A DNA stretch of 63,884 nt, filler included, from Ministeria vibrans ATCC 50519 (Eukaryota > Protista > Filasterea), in assembly GCA_943704425.1 (NCBI GenBank). It is 5 parts of 5 records of this genome, joined end to end, with 100 filler letters (N's around TTAATTAATTAA, not from the genome) between each part and the next. Parts side by side here need not be neighbours in the genome. Positions count along the whole stretch, not along the records: positions 43,694 to 59,876 come from CALSCP010000842.1; 4 more parts are not named here. One strand, written 5' to 3'. Positions 46,977-59,636 of the stretch are shown here, piece after piece. The notes below the pieces were generated by a model that saw nothing but the letters and a program-made list of their open reading frames with translations, did no database searches and was not told where the DNA came from. The stretch's first letter is position 1. Each line of letters begins with the position of its first letter. Position numbers and translations under genes: made by a program.

Positions 46977-47912
46977 TGTATATATATATATATGTATGCG
47001 TGCGTTCGTCTGACTCATTCACTCAGAATCGTACAATAACTGTTTCGTACTTGGATTTTGTTCATTTTAAACCCTAACGCAAAATACAATATGACTCACA
47101 CTCACTCACACTCACCCCTTCACTGCCTAACTCACAGTGACTCCTCATTTTCCTTTGTCACTCACTTATTTACTCACTCTGTCACATCCACTAATCCCTC
47201 TTAGGCGTCGGTGGTAATGTTGCGTCCATCCATGCCTCTCGCGTGTCTACCACTGTCCATCGCGGTGACAAACCCGCTGAACGCGCAAAGGAATGGACTA
47301 TGTTCTTTGTTTTACTCTTTCTCGTTTTGCCCGTTCAGGTTCAGCTCTAAACATCTTCCCTATTCTTCTTTTCGCTCTCTCTCACTATATATATCTTTTT
47401 GTTTAGATTGGCTTTATGTTTTTGACTGACAAACTGGAATCGAACAGCTTCTTAATATCACCGAAACTTCTTCTCACCTATGTTATGGCGGCAGAAGTGC
47501 ACGTAACAAAACACACCTTTCACAATCAACCAATTACTCAAAAACACACTCAAAAACTAGCACTTACTCAAAAAACTTACCCAGATTTACTTAAACTCAC
47601 TCAGAAACTCACTCAAACACATTGCATTAGGTCTCGCTGCTGCTCCTTCTAGCAGCGTGGCTAGTGCGCAAGTTTTGGCACCACGGCCTGGACCCCGACG
47701 ATCACGCACTACCCTACGTGACGGCTACAGGCGACATCATTGGCATGTCCGTGCTCACCCTGGTCTTCTGGATCAACTTCCCGCTCTGCTCTCCTGTCGA
47801 TGCTGATGACCCGTCTGCTATCCACAATGCCACTCACTCCCTTGTGAATGCCACCGCCTCTATACTTCTCCCCACTTCCTCCACCCTTCTTCCCACCCCC
47901 ACAGTTGTGTGA
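45056..47912 (+). CDS. SLC41: SLC41/MgtE-like Mg2+ transporter
   Basis: [68 protein letters not shown] and [18 protein letters not shown]. Confidence 0.95.
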
Positions 47913-47969
47913 AATTTATATTATTAAAAATTGTGAGTTGTTGTATTTGTTTACTTTTTTTGTTCTTGT

Positions 47970-48810
47970 TCACCAGAGCGTGTGATCGCGCACAAGCTGA
48001 GCGGGCGACGAAGCAACGTCAAGAGCGGATCTGGGAAGGAGACGACGCTTCTTGGTAGGACGTAGAAGAGAGGAAGGGGGCGCAAGGAGGGACGCAGAGC
48101 CAGACGACGACAACGTAGAGGGCGAGCCCAGCAGACTGTGCTCAATGTCAAGGTCAGACTGCACAATGGCCGAGACGCCCGCTGTGCTAGTGCTGTTGGT
48201 GTGCGTGGACTCTGCGTCGCTCTGCGCGGGCGTCGGCAGCTGCGACATGGTCATGGGTAATGACAGTCTGTGCTCGTGAAACGACATGCGACGCTTCAGC
48301 GCCATCTTCTGCTGTCGTTTCCCTCCAAGACCCACCAGCGGCGAATTGGGCGCACTCGCAAGCTGTGTGAGCCACGACATGCCAACAGGACCACTAGCAG
48401 CACCACCAGCAGTGACACCGCCGACTGTCTCCTCCTCGTCATCATCATCATCATCACTCTCCGTCACCACGTTCTTCTTGATTTGCTGCTCCACTCGTGA
48501 CCGCATAAACCGCTGATGCGCCACATCCTCATCGTCCTCGTCCGTTTCCATCTCTGCACGTGCCATCATCGTAGCCGTTCGCAACGCACTCGCAACAGCA
48601 GCAACAACAGCGGGTGCCTCCTCGTCAGACTCAGACTCGGACTCGACAGCAGCAGGAATAGCGTCACTCGCCCCGTGCTTTTTCTTCTTGTGCTTTGGTG
48701 TCTCCTTGTCCTTCTTCTTCTCCTTATGCTCCTTCTTGGACGGCGTCACCGGTGGCAGAGGAATTTCTTCATCAGAGCTACTGCTCTCCACCACCTTCTT
48801 CTTTGCATCG

Positions 48811-48857
<47 letters not shown>

Positions 48858-49653
48858 GTCGTCGTCACTCTCTTCCTTCTCTTCTACCTCCTCATCCTCA
48901 CTCTCCTCCTCGTCTTCTTCATTACTATCTTCGTCGTCGTCATCATCACTCTCTTTGCTGGCTGTTGCTTTAGCCTTTTCCGCCGCCTTCTTCTGCTTGC
49001 TCGCCTCCTTGTCCTGCTTCTCCTTGTGCTGCTCCGCCGTCTTCGTCACTGTCGCAACTGCCTTTTCATGCACCACTCGCAATCGATCAGCTCCCTCTGC
49101 ATGCTGCACCACTTCCAGTGCGTGTTTGTACACTATATATACCAAATCGTAATGATGAATACAGTCGTTCTCGTCTTCTCACTCGCTCATACTCTGTTCA
49201 ATTTGCTCTGCTGTGAATCCCACTGGCTCCGCCTCCTTGACCAGCTTCTTCACCTTTTTCAACTTGAGCTTTTCCGCCGAAGTGCCTTCTTTCACACAAT
49301 GTTCTACAAACAACAACAACAACAACAACAAACAAACAAACAAACAAACAATAATAAATAAATCAATAAACGCGCAGCACTCTCTGGCGCGCTCCCTCCC
49401 CGTACCCACGATCGCCTTGCCCACGGCTGCTTCGAAGCGCGCTCCGTCCCCAACGTGCTTCATCTGCTTCTGCTCTTCCTTTGTCGCAGGGGCGGGGGCC
49501 TCGCGCTTCGCCCGCTTGCGCTTCTTCGCTTCAGCTGTCAAAGAGAGAGTGAGAGAGAGAGACACACACACACTCAGACAAAAACACTTTTTTCAAAAGC
49601 GAACAAGGCGCTGTCGACGCGGCGTGCTTTCGGCATGGATGTCNNNNNNNNNN

Positions 49654-49685
<32 letters not shown>

Positions 49686-50100
49686 AAAGACTCATACGCG
49701 CAAGAATCTGGACACGAGCGACAATGCAGTCGTCGTCCTTGGTCACGGACCCCAGCGAGGCAGACGGGTGTACGAGAAAGCCGTCGCGAGAGAGTTCCAC
49801 AACTGTTCCGTTGCTAATCAAAGCAAAATGCAAAAAAAAAAAAAAGATGAGAGAGAGAGAGAAAGAGAGAGAAAGAAAGAGAAGGGCGCTTCTTACACTT
49901 CCTTGATCTCCTTGAGGGTCGACGAGAGGTGCGTAAAGAAGTCGGTGACGGGCTTGCTGGCGTTGCCGCTCAGCTGAAAGAGCGCAAACGAAAATTAGAA
50001 ATCACGAAAAGACAAAAACAGTACATACCACAACGCGACTGAGAATAGACCCGTTGTCCGACGCGGCGTCGACAAACTCCACGTTGAGACGGACACTCAT
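47970..50100 (-). CDS. Nuclear acidic/Lys-rich protein with a coilin-like N-terminal domain
   Basis: Spliced N-terminus MSVRLNVEF...KPVTDFLTHL...VELSRDGFLVHPSASLGSVTKDDDCIVARV resembles coilin VRLRLQF...VTDL...LYLEGGLLPPAES..VRDNDCL. It is followed by NLS-like KKRKR and long D/E and K tracts. Confidence 0.65.
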
Positions 50101-50583
50101 TTTTTTTTGATTGAATTGGAGTGGATCAGTCATCACTCATCAGTGGATTTTTGATCAATTCGGTTTGTTTTGCGACTTTGTGGAATATAATTATATGGCT
50201 CTTCTGGGCGTTCTGGCTAGTTGTCAACTTGTCAATACGTTGGTCGTTGCCTCGTTGGTATCATGTTATGGTTGTTGATTGTTTTTACACGTTTTATCTC
50301 TAAATTAATGTGCTCTTGAGTGATGAGTCTCGAATCATAATATGCGAAGAAGGAGACACATAGCCAGCAAGTGGCACTATATAGGCACCAGATAAACCAT
50401 GTCTCGGGGACCATTCCCTGATCGGTAGAGGCTTAGGGCTCTTATTCGGCCCTGCGAGCACGCGCCAAGGAGAAGAAGAAGAAGAATAATATCATGTAAA
50501 AGAGGTTCAAAATACAATACAATACAATACAACACCCATTCATAGTGGGGGGCGCACTCGATCGCTCATGATACACGCATACG

Positions 50584-51192
50584 TTAGAGAAGGTTGAAGG
50601 AAGCCCCGCAGCCGCAGCCTCCCTCGGCGTGCGGGTTGGCGAGCACTTGAAAGGACTCTTCAATCATTGCGTGCGAGTAGTCAATGGTGCTTCCCGCAAG
50701 ATTCTTCATGGACTCCTCGTCAATAAAGACACGTCCACCATTCTTCTCTACAATACTACATAGATAAAGAAAAAACACACATAATAATAACATGATTGTA
50801 TAAAATATCAGTTGGAGTGTGAGAGTCGATTTTCTCTTTGGGTTTTTGTACATATCGTCGTCTTCAGGCTCGTCCTTCACAAGACGCAGCTGATATGAGA
50901 AGCCTGAGCATCCGCCGGTGGTAACAGCGACGCGCAAGACGTTCTCCGGGTCGTCTGGGAACTCCTTTTTCAACTGTGTCAGACGCTGAGCAAAAAAAGA
51001 ATAAAAACGCAATAGGCGATGAAGACGAAGCGTCAAGAGATAGAGGTATAGAGAGAGAGAGGAAGGGGGGGCACACACCTTGATGCAGCCATCGGTGAGG
51101 TCCACTGTCTCTTTGCTGGGAGCGACAACAGTCGCGAATGACACAACGCGATGGAACAGTGCGGGCCGAAAGGAGCCAACAAGACGCAGCAT
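50584..51192 (-). CDS. ISCA2: Mitochondrial A-type Fe-S assembly protein (ISCA2-like)
   Basis: Targeting peptide; LRVAVTTGGCSGFSY, GSTIDY and NPHAEGGCGCGASF. Confidence 0.93.
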   Translation of the reverse strand: MLRLVGSFRPALFHRVVSFATVVAPSKETVDLTDGCIKVCAPPSSLSLYLYLLTLRLHRLLRFYSFFAQRLTQLKKEFPDDPENVLRVAVTTGGCSGFSYQLRLVKDEPEDDDMYKNPKRKSTLTLQLIFYTIMLLLCVFFLYLCSIVEKNGGRVFIDEESMKNLAGSTIDYSHAMIEESFQVLANPHAEGGCGCGASFNLL

Positions 51193-51409
51193 ATCGGAGG
51201 GGAGCAGGTAGAGCGGGAACGATGGATCGATAGGGGAAAAGAAAGAAAAGTAAACTGAAACTGTGTGAAACTGACTAACTGAGTTAAATCTAACGATTGA
51301 CTGATCGAGGCGGTGCCTCTCAGGCTCCACCACAGGCGGCATTTTCATCCATCGAATAAATACAATCATCATACATACACCATACATGTAAAATTTTAAT
51401 TATTAACAT

Positions 51410-52411
51410 TCATGTTACGTCTTTTCTTCGCATTCTCATTTTGGAGACAAAACACTCGCACCATTGATCCAATTGCGGCGGAAACACTGTATCGCCAGAG
51501 ACAGCAGGGCACTGGGCAATGGCCGCGTGAGGCGCAACACACTCCCAGCGCGGCACACACAGACGCGACTCGTGCACGCCCGTCCAACCCACAGCGGCAA
51601 AGAGAGAGCCGGTCACGTGCGACCACGAGAAGTGCCATTCGTCGGATGTTGCTTGACCATCAACACGCAGGGTGGTCTTGTGACCGTTACATATAGTAAA
51701 GCTGAGGGACTCTAATGGTTGAGAGAGACCCTTTCCAATCGCCTACGTGCACACCATCAACCACGCCATGGTCGCTCTTTGTGACACACCTTTATGTACG
51801 CTTCTTTGTGAGCCCAAAACTTGTAAAAGAGTCGTCGCTGTTCATCCTCGGAGTCGCCTGCTCGAATCTGAGTCCACTCGTGTGAAGTGAACACATTGTG
51901 GAGTTGCGCAAAGAGTTCTTCGAGGGTCGCAACGCCGCGCTGCACCTCGTCGACATCAACCAGGTCAACGCCGACGCGCAGAGTAGACGGCAGCATGCCA
52001 CCCGTGGTGTCCTCTGCAGCGGCAACGCCCACAGCAACAACGTGATCGGCGTGATGTGAAATGTTCAGTGCACAACTCGCGTGAAACCACGATGGCTCAA
52101 CCACCTCGGGCTTTCCCCTGGCGTTCCGTCCAAACCGGAACGGCGCGCCACTGTCAAACCTCGCCGCCATAAGTTCCACAGCAACCCCTCCAAGCAGCAG
52201 ACGGCCCATCACAGCCATCTACAGATGTGTATCACTCATAAGACACTCTTGACAGTGTCCGTCTCTCCTTCTCTCTCACCTTTGCGTCTTGGCAGAAGAC
52301 AAACCGGTGTATTCTTTCTCCTTCCACAGCACCCACCCGGCCTATCGCATCCCTCCACTCCTTCTCCGTCGCTTCCCACGACGAGCAGCACACATAACGA
52401 GTGACTATCAT
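51410..52411 (-). CDS. AASDHPPT: Sfp-type 4'-phosphopantetheinyl transferase (AASDHPPT/Lys5)
   Basis: RIHRFVFCQDAK-MAVMGRLL, GKP, LNISH, VGVD, FTSHEW and FWAHKEAYIKAIGKGL. Confidence 0.93.
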
Positions 52412-52845
52412 AAATGAAAGTCTGAAAATATTAAAATAAGTAAAGATCATTCGATTTTTTTTGGTAATTATCAACCCTCACTCCTCAGGTAACTAAAAGC
52501 TAGTAGTAGTAATAGTAAATTTATTAATTTAGTAGTCAATTGACAATCCAGACCGACAATAAATAAATAATTAGATTTAGAGATTCGATTTTCCAATAAA
52601 TTAGACATTAGTCGTTTAGTTATATTTTCAGCCTTTCTCTTTGGCGTTGGACACACTTCGTCCTTGCCGTGGCCTCCTTGGCGTCAGTCTGCGATCGACT
52701 CTGACTCTGCCGACCCCCCCCTCCCCTCCCCCCTTCCCTCTGGGCTTCTCTCTTGCCCTCCTTCGACGCGTTTGCGAACACGCTTTGTCGAGAACGAAAA
52801 CCGGACGCGTTCCGTTGCGCTTTTCTTTTCTCCTTCTTCCCTAAC

Positions 52846-55421
52846 ATGGTACCGTGTGTGTCTGCTTTTCTCTTTCCCACACTCTCAGTGTACCCTTCTG
52901 CTACCACAGTGGCCTGGCGCCTGTGAGTTTTGACTTGTTGCTGTCAAACGTCGTTTTTGAATTCTTTTTCTCTTTTTTTTTTTTTCGCAACTGTCGTTTT
53001 GTCGTTTTGTCGTCCATTCGTCATACCCCTCCCGTCTTTCTTTTGACTCCCGGAATATGCTGTACTACAAAAGGGCGAAGTGCAGCACGAAATTGAAAAG
53101 TCGCGTCTGTCTGTGTGTATGTGTATGTGTGTGTGTGTGTGTGTCAATACATCTCTGTTACAAACGACGACACACTCAAGTGCCGTTTATCCCTGACTCT
53201 CTGTGTCTTTGAGTCTTCGCCACCGGTTGTTTGTTCTTTGCTCTTACACTGTGCTCCTCCTTGTCCTCGTTCTTCTCTTTTTCTTAGTCTGATCCTGGCT
53301 ATGTGACTCGGTGCATTTGCGGCTACCAGCATGACGATGGCTTTATGGTTGCCTGTGACAGCTGCGAGGTATGGTTGCTGTGACGCTACCCGCGCACTTA
53401 CCCGTCTTTTCTGTGTCTGTCTCTTCTATGTCTGTTAGGTGTGGCAACATTGTGAGTGTATGGGACTGAGTCAAGGCAATCTTCCATCGCACTATTTTTG
53501 CGAACGCTGTCGTCCAAGACCTGTCTTTGTCCAACGGTATGCATTTGGTGTTCAAAATCACTCAATAATTCATTTGTGGGGGTTTCCTTTCTTTCTTTTT
53601 CTTTGTAGGGCTCACGTATTACAACAACGTAAACTAGAAAACGGTGATATTGCCAATGGAGACACGTCTTCGTCGTCGGACGACGACACCGAGTTTACCA
53701 CGAGCGCCGCTACGCCAACGGATCCAGCAACACCTTTACGACGCGGCAATAGTCGTTCGACAATGGCCACCGTTGCTGCTACTACCGCCGTCGGCGCGAA
53801 CACAGTCGCTGCATTTGCCGTCTCATCGGGAGTGCCCCCCATTGATCCAACTGGGGTTGGAGTCGGAGTCGGGAAAGTCGCCATCAAGGGTGCTGCGCCA
53901 ACGGCCACGGCTGCTCGCAAGCGAAGCAGCTCGGCGTCACGCAAGCCTCGTGCGCGCACCTCGTCTGCCTCGGTGAGTCGACGCGACTCATTCTCCGATG
54001 CGGAAGCAGTCGCAGCTGCAGTATCAGCCGCATCAATTGAGGGAGGAGCAGGAGGGGCGACAACGGTCGCACCCGACACCCCCACTATGACACGCGAAGA
54101 GCGCAAGTTTACTGCGCTCATGAAGCGCATCAACCACATGAATGGTGGTGCGCCAATGGCCAGTGACGATCCCGCAGCAACGACCAGTGCTGGCGCCACT
54201 GGTGCGTCGTCAGCGAACACCACGCCGCGTCGAGTGCGCACGAGCTCGTCGTCTACTCAAGTGGTGTCCACAGCCACAGATGGAACAAGTGCATCACGCA
54301 GTCGGAAAGGAGGTGGGGCACGCGGTGGGGCTGCGGGCGGATCGGCTGCTGTCAGTGGGAGTGCAGGGAAGACACGGGGACGCGGTGGACGTGGGTCGGC
54401 GTCGACTTCAGCGCGTGCTTCGCCCATGGTCTTGAACCAAGAGCGGCAGTTCTTCAACGATGAGGGTGTGTTTGTGAACGGCGGGCCGGATGGAACGCAC
54501 ACACCGCGAATTGGTGCTTCCCGAGGAGGAGGTGGGCGTGCGAGTGGACGTGGAGGCCCAATGACGCCGTTGCAAATGCCGTCGTCGCGCACGCTGGTCT
54601 TTCAAGACTATGCTGGACGTATTGCGTCGACGCCCACTGTGCCCGGGACACCTTTTTCCACATCCGGTGGTGGTGGAGGAATGCACAGTGATGAGGAGAT
54701 GGCGGCCGTTGTGGATGATTTGATCAAGCGATCGCAGCGCCAGACACAGGTGACGAGCGAGCGCGACATCGATGGCCAACAACGGCGGCGGCATCGTCGA
54801 CGGGGACGAAGGAAGCAGCATGCCACGTCGAATGGTGTGCAGTTGATTTCCGACTCGTCGTCCGACTACTCATCGTGTAGTTGTGCGAGTAGCAGTGAGC
54901 AAGAGGAAGAGGAGAAGGAGAAGGAGGGGGCGGCGGAAGGGAAGGGAAGCCGTGTGGGTGTCAATAATGGAAGCAGCAGCGTCGTACAGTTTGTGAAGAA
55001 GGCCTGGCTTAAACGGTATCGAGATGAGGCGACAGCGGCCACGACATCGGTGGTGCCGGTGAAGCCTGTGCAGATGGCTGCACGTGCGTGTGTGCCCAAG
55101 AAGAAGTTGTGGGTTGAGGCGTACGTGAAGGAGGCAAAGACGGAGAGTGTTGCAGAAGGAGCAGAAGGAGCAGAAGGAGCAGAAGGAGCGGAAGTGCCGG
55201 TAGTGACGACGACGACCAAGCGCGAGCGGAGTGTGGAGGCGGCGAATGAAGAGCCGCCAGAGAAGCGAGCAAAAGTGGAGGCGGCGACTGAAGAGCCGCC
55301 AGAGAAGCGAGCAAAAGTGGAGGAGGAGAAGGAGGATGATGATGAGGGTGTGCGAGTGACAAGCGAAACGAGAGTCGGCAATTGCGATGTCGAGTCCTCC
55401 CTCACCGAGACTGTTGTATAA
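52846..55421 (+). CDS. PHD-finger protein of the SET3/MLL5/UpSET type with no visible SET domain
   Basis: [40 protein letters not shown] (MLL5-type PHD), TREERK, and KKAWL/KKKLW motifs. The rest is low complexity. The ATG is inferred as a 3-nt first coding exon. Confidence 0.8.
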
Positions 55422-55864
55422 AGTGGATCGTTATGTTATATATTATTGTGTACACATCTTTTATTTTCTTCTTAATGATTGTAATAATATGTAGAAAGCG
55501 AGTGTACAGCAGTACTATAGTGTACGAGAGAATAACTACTAACGATACTCATTTCTCTGCGACAATAGCCATCAAGAGGATCCCCCTCGACGACCTCGCT
55601 AAGCACCACTGTGACACTGTCTGCACCACAACATTGACAACAAAAATCAAAATTCAGTCAAGACGTAAATCATAAGAGTAACACAGCACACGCAACATCA
55701 TAACTTAAGTAAAATTATAATTATATGAGACGCAAATATTGTTGTCAAAAAAAAAAACGAAAAAAAAAAGAATGACTGTTTCCAGCCTCCAAAAATTGCT
55801 ATCCGCGGTTAGGCGTAATAGCGGGCATTGGCATTGTAGTTTGCAACTAGCAAAGTGAACGGAT

Positions 55865-56105
55865 CGGTAAAACCTCATTTCCAGTTCTTAACCTCTGCGC
55901 AAGGATAAAGCATCATTTTCGCGAGGCAACCCTTTGATGTAGAAAATCGAAATTCATCGCCCAATTGTGGTTGTGAACGAATCCTCTTCCAGCCTCTTAT
56001 CTGATCAACTGTGCACTCCAAGGCTTTGATCACCCTTTGATGTCTTACTCCATCGAGCGTGCGTCCACTGGCAATGTGATGTATCTTAGGTTTGCGACAG
56101 TTCAA
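55865..56105 (-). mobile_element. Possible degraded pogo/Tc5-like transposon relic
   Basis: Short ORF with HTH-like DQIRGWKR and FSTSKGCL (compare CENP-B-type F.AS.GWL). CGGTAAAACCTC at 55865 resembles pogo-family TIR starts. Confidence 0.3.
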
Positions 56106-56385
56106 AAGTCAAACATCATTTTCGTCGATCAAACGATTTTTTTTGTGTCAAGCTACAAACATGCATATCAATGAGAAGGGTTATCATTGATCAATGATGA
56201 TTGATGAATGATTATACGAGTTATCATCCAAGTGAACAAAGGGAGCTTTTCAACCGACTTGAGTTGATTCAGCACTCTTGAGTGAGTTGAAAATTTACTC
56301 ACTTGACTCCTCACAGTTCAGTTCTGAGACTCACAGACAGTCACAGTTAGTCACTGCTTTTCTTTGTTTTGTCTCCGTTTTTTTA

Positions 56386-56909
56386 ATGAGGTCCATCTAC
56401 ATTAGTAGGATACCGTACAGCATGTGCCAGGCGGGACTACGGCAGTATTTCAGTGCGTTTGGAGAGGTAACGCACGCACGAATTGTGGTTGATCGCACGA
56501 CGGGCGCGAGCAAGGGTAAGCGGCGTGGTTGGCGGGGGTGTAGAGACCCATGTGACACTGTTGTATCCCTCGGCAGGCTTTGGGTTTGTTGATTTCGCAA
56601 CGAACGAGGCAATGGAAAAAGTGCTCAACACTCGGTACCATCTTGTCGACGGAAATAGAGTAAACATATTAAAATATATTACGTCTTATTATAATTATAA
56701 TTATATGAGTGTGCGTGTGTGTGTGTGTGTGTATGTGTGCGTGCGTGTGTCTGTGTGATTGTATAAAAAATATATACTTTTTATTGTACTTGCTACGCAC
56801 GCTTCGCGTCAGTCTCATGTGCATCTTAGATGCCCACTCATTTTCCGTTTTGTAGTTGTATCCTCGACTGGCGCGACCGAATGAGTCGAATGGGAGAGGG
56901 GCGCTGTGA
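56386..56909 (+). CDS. Small single-RRM protein (SLIRP/glycine-rich RBP-like)
   Basis: RNP2 IYISRIP, LRQYFSAFGEV, RNP1 SKGFGFVDF and HLVDG. The last exon is inferred as LYPRLARP...GAL*. Confidence 0.8.
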
Positions 56910-56950
56910 TCATTGTTGTGTGACCTACTATAAACTATTGTCTGTGTATT

Positions 56951-58306
56951 CTACTTTGCAAGTGCAGCCAAGAGACGTCTCGGGGGCACAAAGGAACGAC
57001 GCGAGTGGTACGCCTGCACATTATCCACCAGCAGAATATCGCCCGCTTCCCACCGAAAAGCAACACAGATACGCTCCATAATTGCCTAAAACAGAGCAAT
57101 TAAAATCAGAGGGGGAGAGAGGGAGGGGAAGGGGCGCGTGTGTGTACGAGGCAGTCGTTGACGGCGTCTTCGGGCAAGGGAGTGCCGTCGCCGTATGTCA
57201 CTGCCTTGCCCGTGTTCTTGTCGTCCACCCATCCAAAGTACGCGGCAACTAGTGTGTACAACAAAGAAAAGCAAGAAGAGATAAAATGAGTGTGGTGGGA
57301 GCGACACATGCGTCAAGACAAAGAAGAAAAAAAAAGATACCAATCTGGTTGAAGAAGACGGGACCATTGGGACCGTCCTTGACACCGGGTGCATGCGAGA
57401 CAGTCTTCACACTACCATCGGGAAGCCTGCAACAAAATAATCTTATAAGTAACATCACGCGATCCTCACAATTCGTATACCAGTGGAGTTCGACGCCCAA
57501 TGTGGCTGCAATGCGTTCGGCCTCTGTGCGGTCCGACGTCAGAAATGTGCTCTGCCAGCCACGACCCACTGCCGACGATGCATTGTCGCCTTCGCCAATC
57601 ACCCGTGTGTAAGTGAGACCCTTGGAGGCAACGGCGTCGACAAATTCCTTCGTGGTGGTGTGATGGTGTGAGTGAGTAAGTAGGTGTGAGTGTGACACCA
57701 ACGTCGCGTCTTACTGGATGCATTTCGCGTAGTTCACGATAGAGCACATTTGAGAGACACAATGGCGTCTCACCGCCTTCCTTGGACGGAACTTCGCAGA
57801 AAAACCAAAGCCAAGAGGGGTTCTTGGGGACCTGGGCCATCTCATGGTGGAAGGGGATCGGTTCGGAGGGTGGGCTCTACGTACGACGAAAGTTCCGCAC
57901 TGTGGGCAAGTGGACGCACGCTTTCGTACCTCATTCGACGTGAAGACACGTCCACACACGTTGGTGCGAGGGGCCGCACCGCCGATGTAAGGGAGCTCGT
58001 CTTTGCCGCAGGCCATGACAAAGTCATTGAACTGTTGTGCCGAAGTTACATCGAAGCCACGAAACAAAATGCACGCGTGCTTGTCCAGCTCGGCTTGCAG
58101 TCCATCACGATTGGCAGCAATGTAAGCACAGAGAGCCGCGCTGAAGATGTAATGTTCAAACATCTTTACTTTCACGTGAGATGAAGGATGAGTTGAACTC
58201 ACCATGAAGCATCGGTCGTGGAGGGTGCCAGCGTCAAAGGAAAGGGACGCCCATCAAACACCTTGGCCTCTGCCAAGTTGGTCGGTGTTACAAAGGTCGA
58301 GTCCAT
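56951..58306 (-). CDS. TauD/clavaminate-synthase-like 2OG-Fe(II) dioxygenase
   Basis: ILFRGF, YIGGAAPR, IPFHHEMAQ (HxE), FFCEVP..GGETP, VFFNQ and WEAGDILLVDN..AYHSRRSF..PRR. Confidence 0.95.
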
Positions 58307-58641
58307 AAAGAAAAAAATTAAAAGAGTAAGTATTGAGGTGAGACAGAAGTCAGAAGTGAGACAACTTCCTAGCTAGTAGCTAGTTACTATGTTCTTCTAT
58401 ACAATCCATTTTTCCCTATCTATTCAAAATCCCCCGACCTGGCGACCCCCATCAATAATTCAATAATCAATATCTATTGGCCGATATCGGCGAACGACGG
58501 TATGAACCCATCTATTGGAAACTGAACCTCCCTAATCCCTTTCACTTATTTGTCATTTATTGGTTTTTATTTTAATCACTTTTTTTTTCAAATTTCCCTC
58601 AGTCTATTGAAACCCCACTCACTCAACAGCCAACAATCAAC

Positions 58642-59264
58642 ATGAGCCGCAACATTGTCACCGCTGTCGACGGAAGCGAACACGCCGACTACGCATTCAA
58701 CTGGCTTCTGGACAACATTGCCAAGGAGGGCGACACCATCCACATTGTCCATATTTACCCGTCACCCAAGCTTCCTTCCCTCTCCTTTGCCGAGGGCTTT
58801 ACTCTTCCCGTACACGAGTGGGAGCGCGAAATTAAGGCTGTAAGTGATTTTTCAGGAAGTGCGAGTTTTTTTCCTTCTCGCTTATTTCACTCATCCCTCC
58901 TCATTTGACATTGTTAGTCCATCAGCGCTGCACGAGCTGTCGCCTACAAGTACCAGGACCTCGCTATGGCACGGAAAACAGCCACTCAGATTCATCTTGA
59001 CCACGGTTCAGCAGGTGCGAGTTTTGGCGTTGTTTTCATGACTGAAAACTCTCACTGACACATCTTTTGTTGTTGTGTGTGTTGCCCTATTCTCTAGGCG
59101 AATTGATCTGCAAGGTGGCCGACGAGGTGAACGCGGACTCGATTGTGATGGGATCGCGTGGACTGGGAAAGGTCTCGCGAATGTTTGTCGGGTCCACTTC
59201 CGACTATGTACTGCACCACGCCAACATTCCCGTCACCATTGTGCGCAACAAGGACAAGAAGTAG
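58642..59264 (+). CDS. Universal stress protein A family
   Basis: IVTAVDGSEHADYAFNW and IVMGSRGLGKVSRMFVGSTSDYVLHHA.IPV. Confidence 0.95.
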
Positions 59265-59450
59265 ACCACAAGATGTAATTGTTATACAGAGAGATGTTAT
59301 TGTTTGTTTAACGCTTGGCCTAGTGCTTTAATCTTTAATATCTCACTTGTACTGCCCCACACCAAAGGAAAATAATCATGTCCACAAAGGAAACGGTGAA
59401 TCGCATCTCCACTGGAGAAATGAAAGAGGTGGTGGACAGTGGATACTGGT

Positions 59451-59466
59451 GGTGTTTTAAAACTCC
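59451..59466 (-). terminator. Second, degenerate histone 3' stem-loop (duplicated 3' region)
   Basis: GGAGTT-TTAA-AACACC-ACCA, with one mismatch in the stem, 170 bp downstream of the first copy. Confidence 0.6.
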
Positions 59467-59620
59467 ATTGTTGTTTGGTAAGGTACTTGAGAAGGAAGTG
59501 ACAACACAAACACGAATAATTATTATCATTGTTTGTGCCACACAACAAAAAAAAAAACAATATGTCCACATGCACACATTAAATGAATCGTATCTCCACT
59601 GGAGAAATGTAAGGGGTGGT

Positions 59621-59636
59621 GGTGTTTAAAAACACC
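59621..59636 (-). terminator. Histone mRNA 3' stem-loop (proximal copy)
   Basis: On the minus strand GGTGTT-TTTA-AACACC followed by ACCA: a 6-bp stem with a 4-nt loop, 43 nt after the H2B stop, in a C/A-rich context. Confidence 0.85.

Noticed and set aside
56830-57081. Alternative last exon of the RRM gene (VQPRDVSG...)
   Set aside because: It is antisense to the last exon of the TauD-like gene; the upstream acceptor at 56855 gives a better RRM ending.
51410-58306. Secondary-metabolite cluster (PPTase plus TauD-like dioxygenase)
   Set aside because: There is no NRPS or PKS nearby, and the intervening genes are unrelated housekeeping genes.
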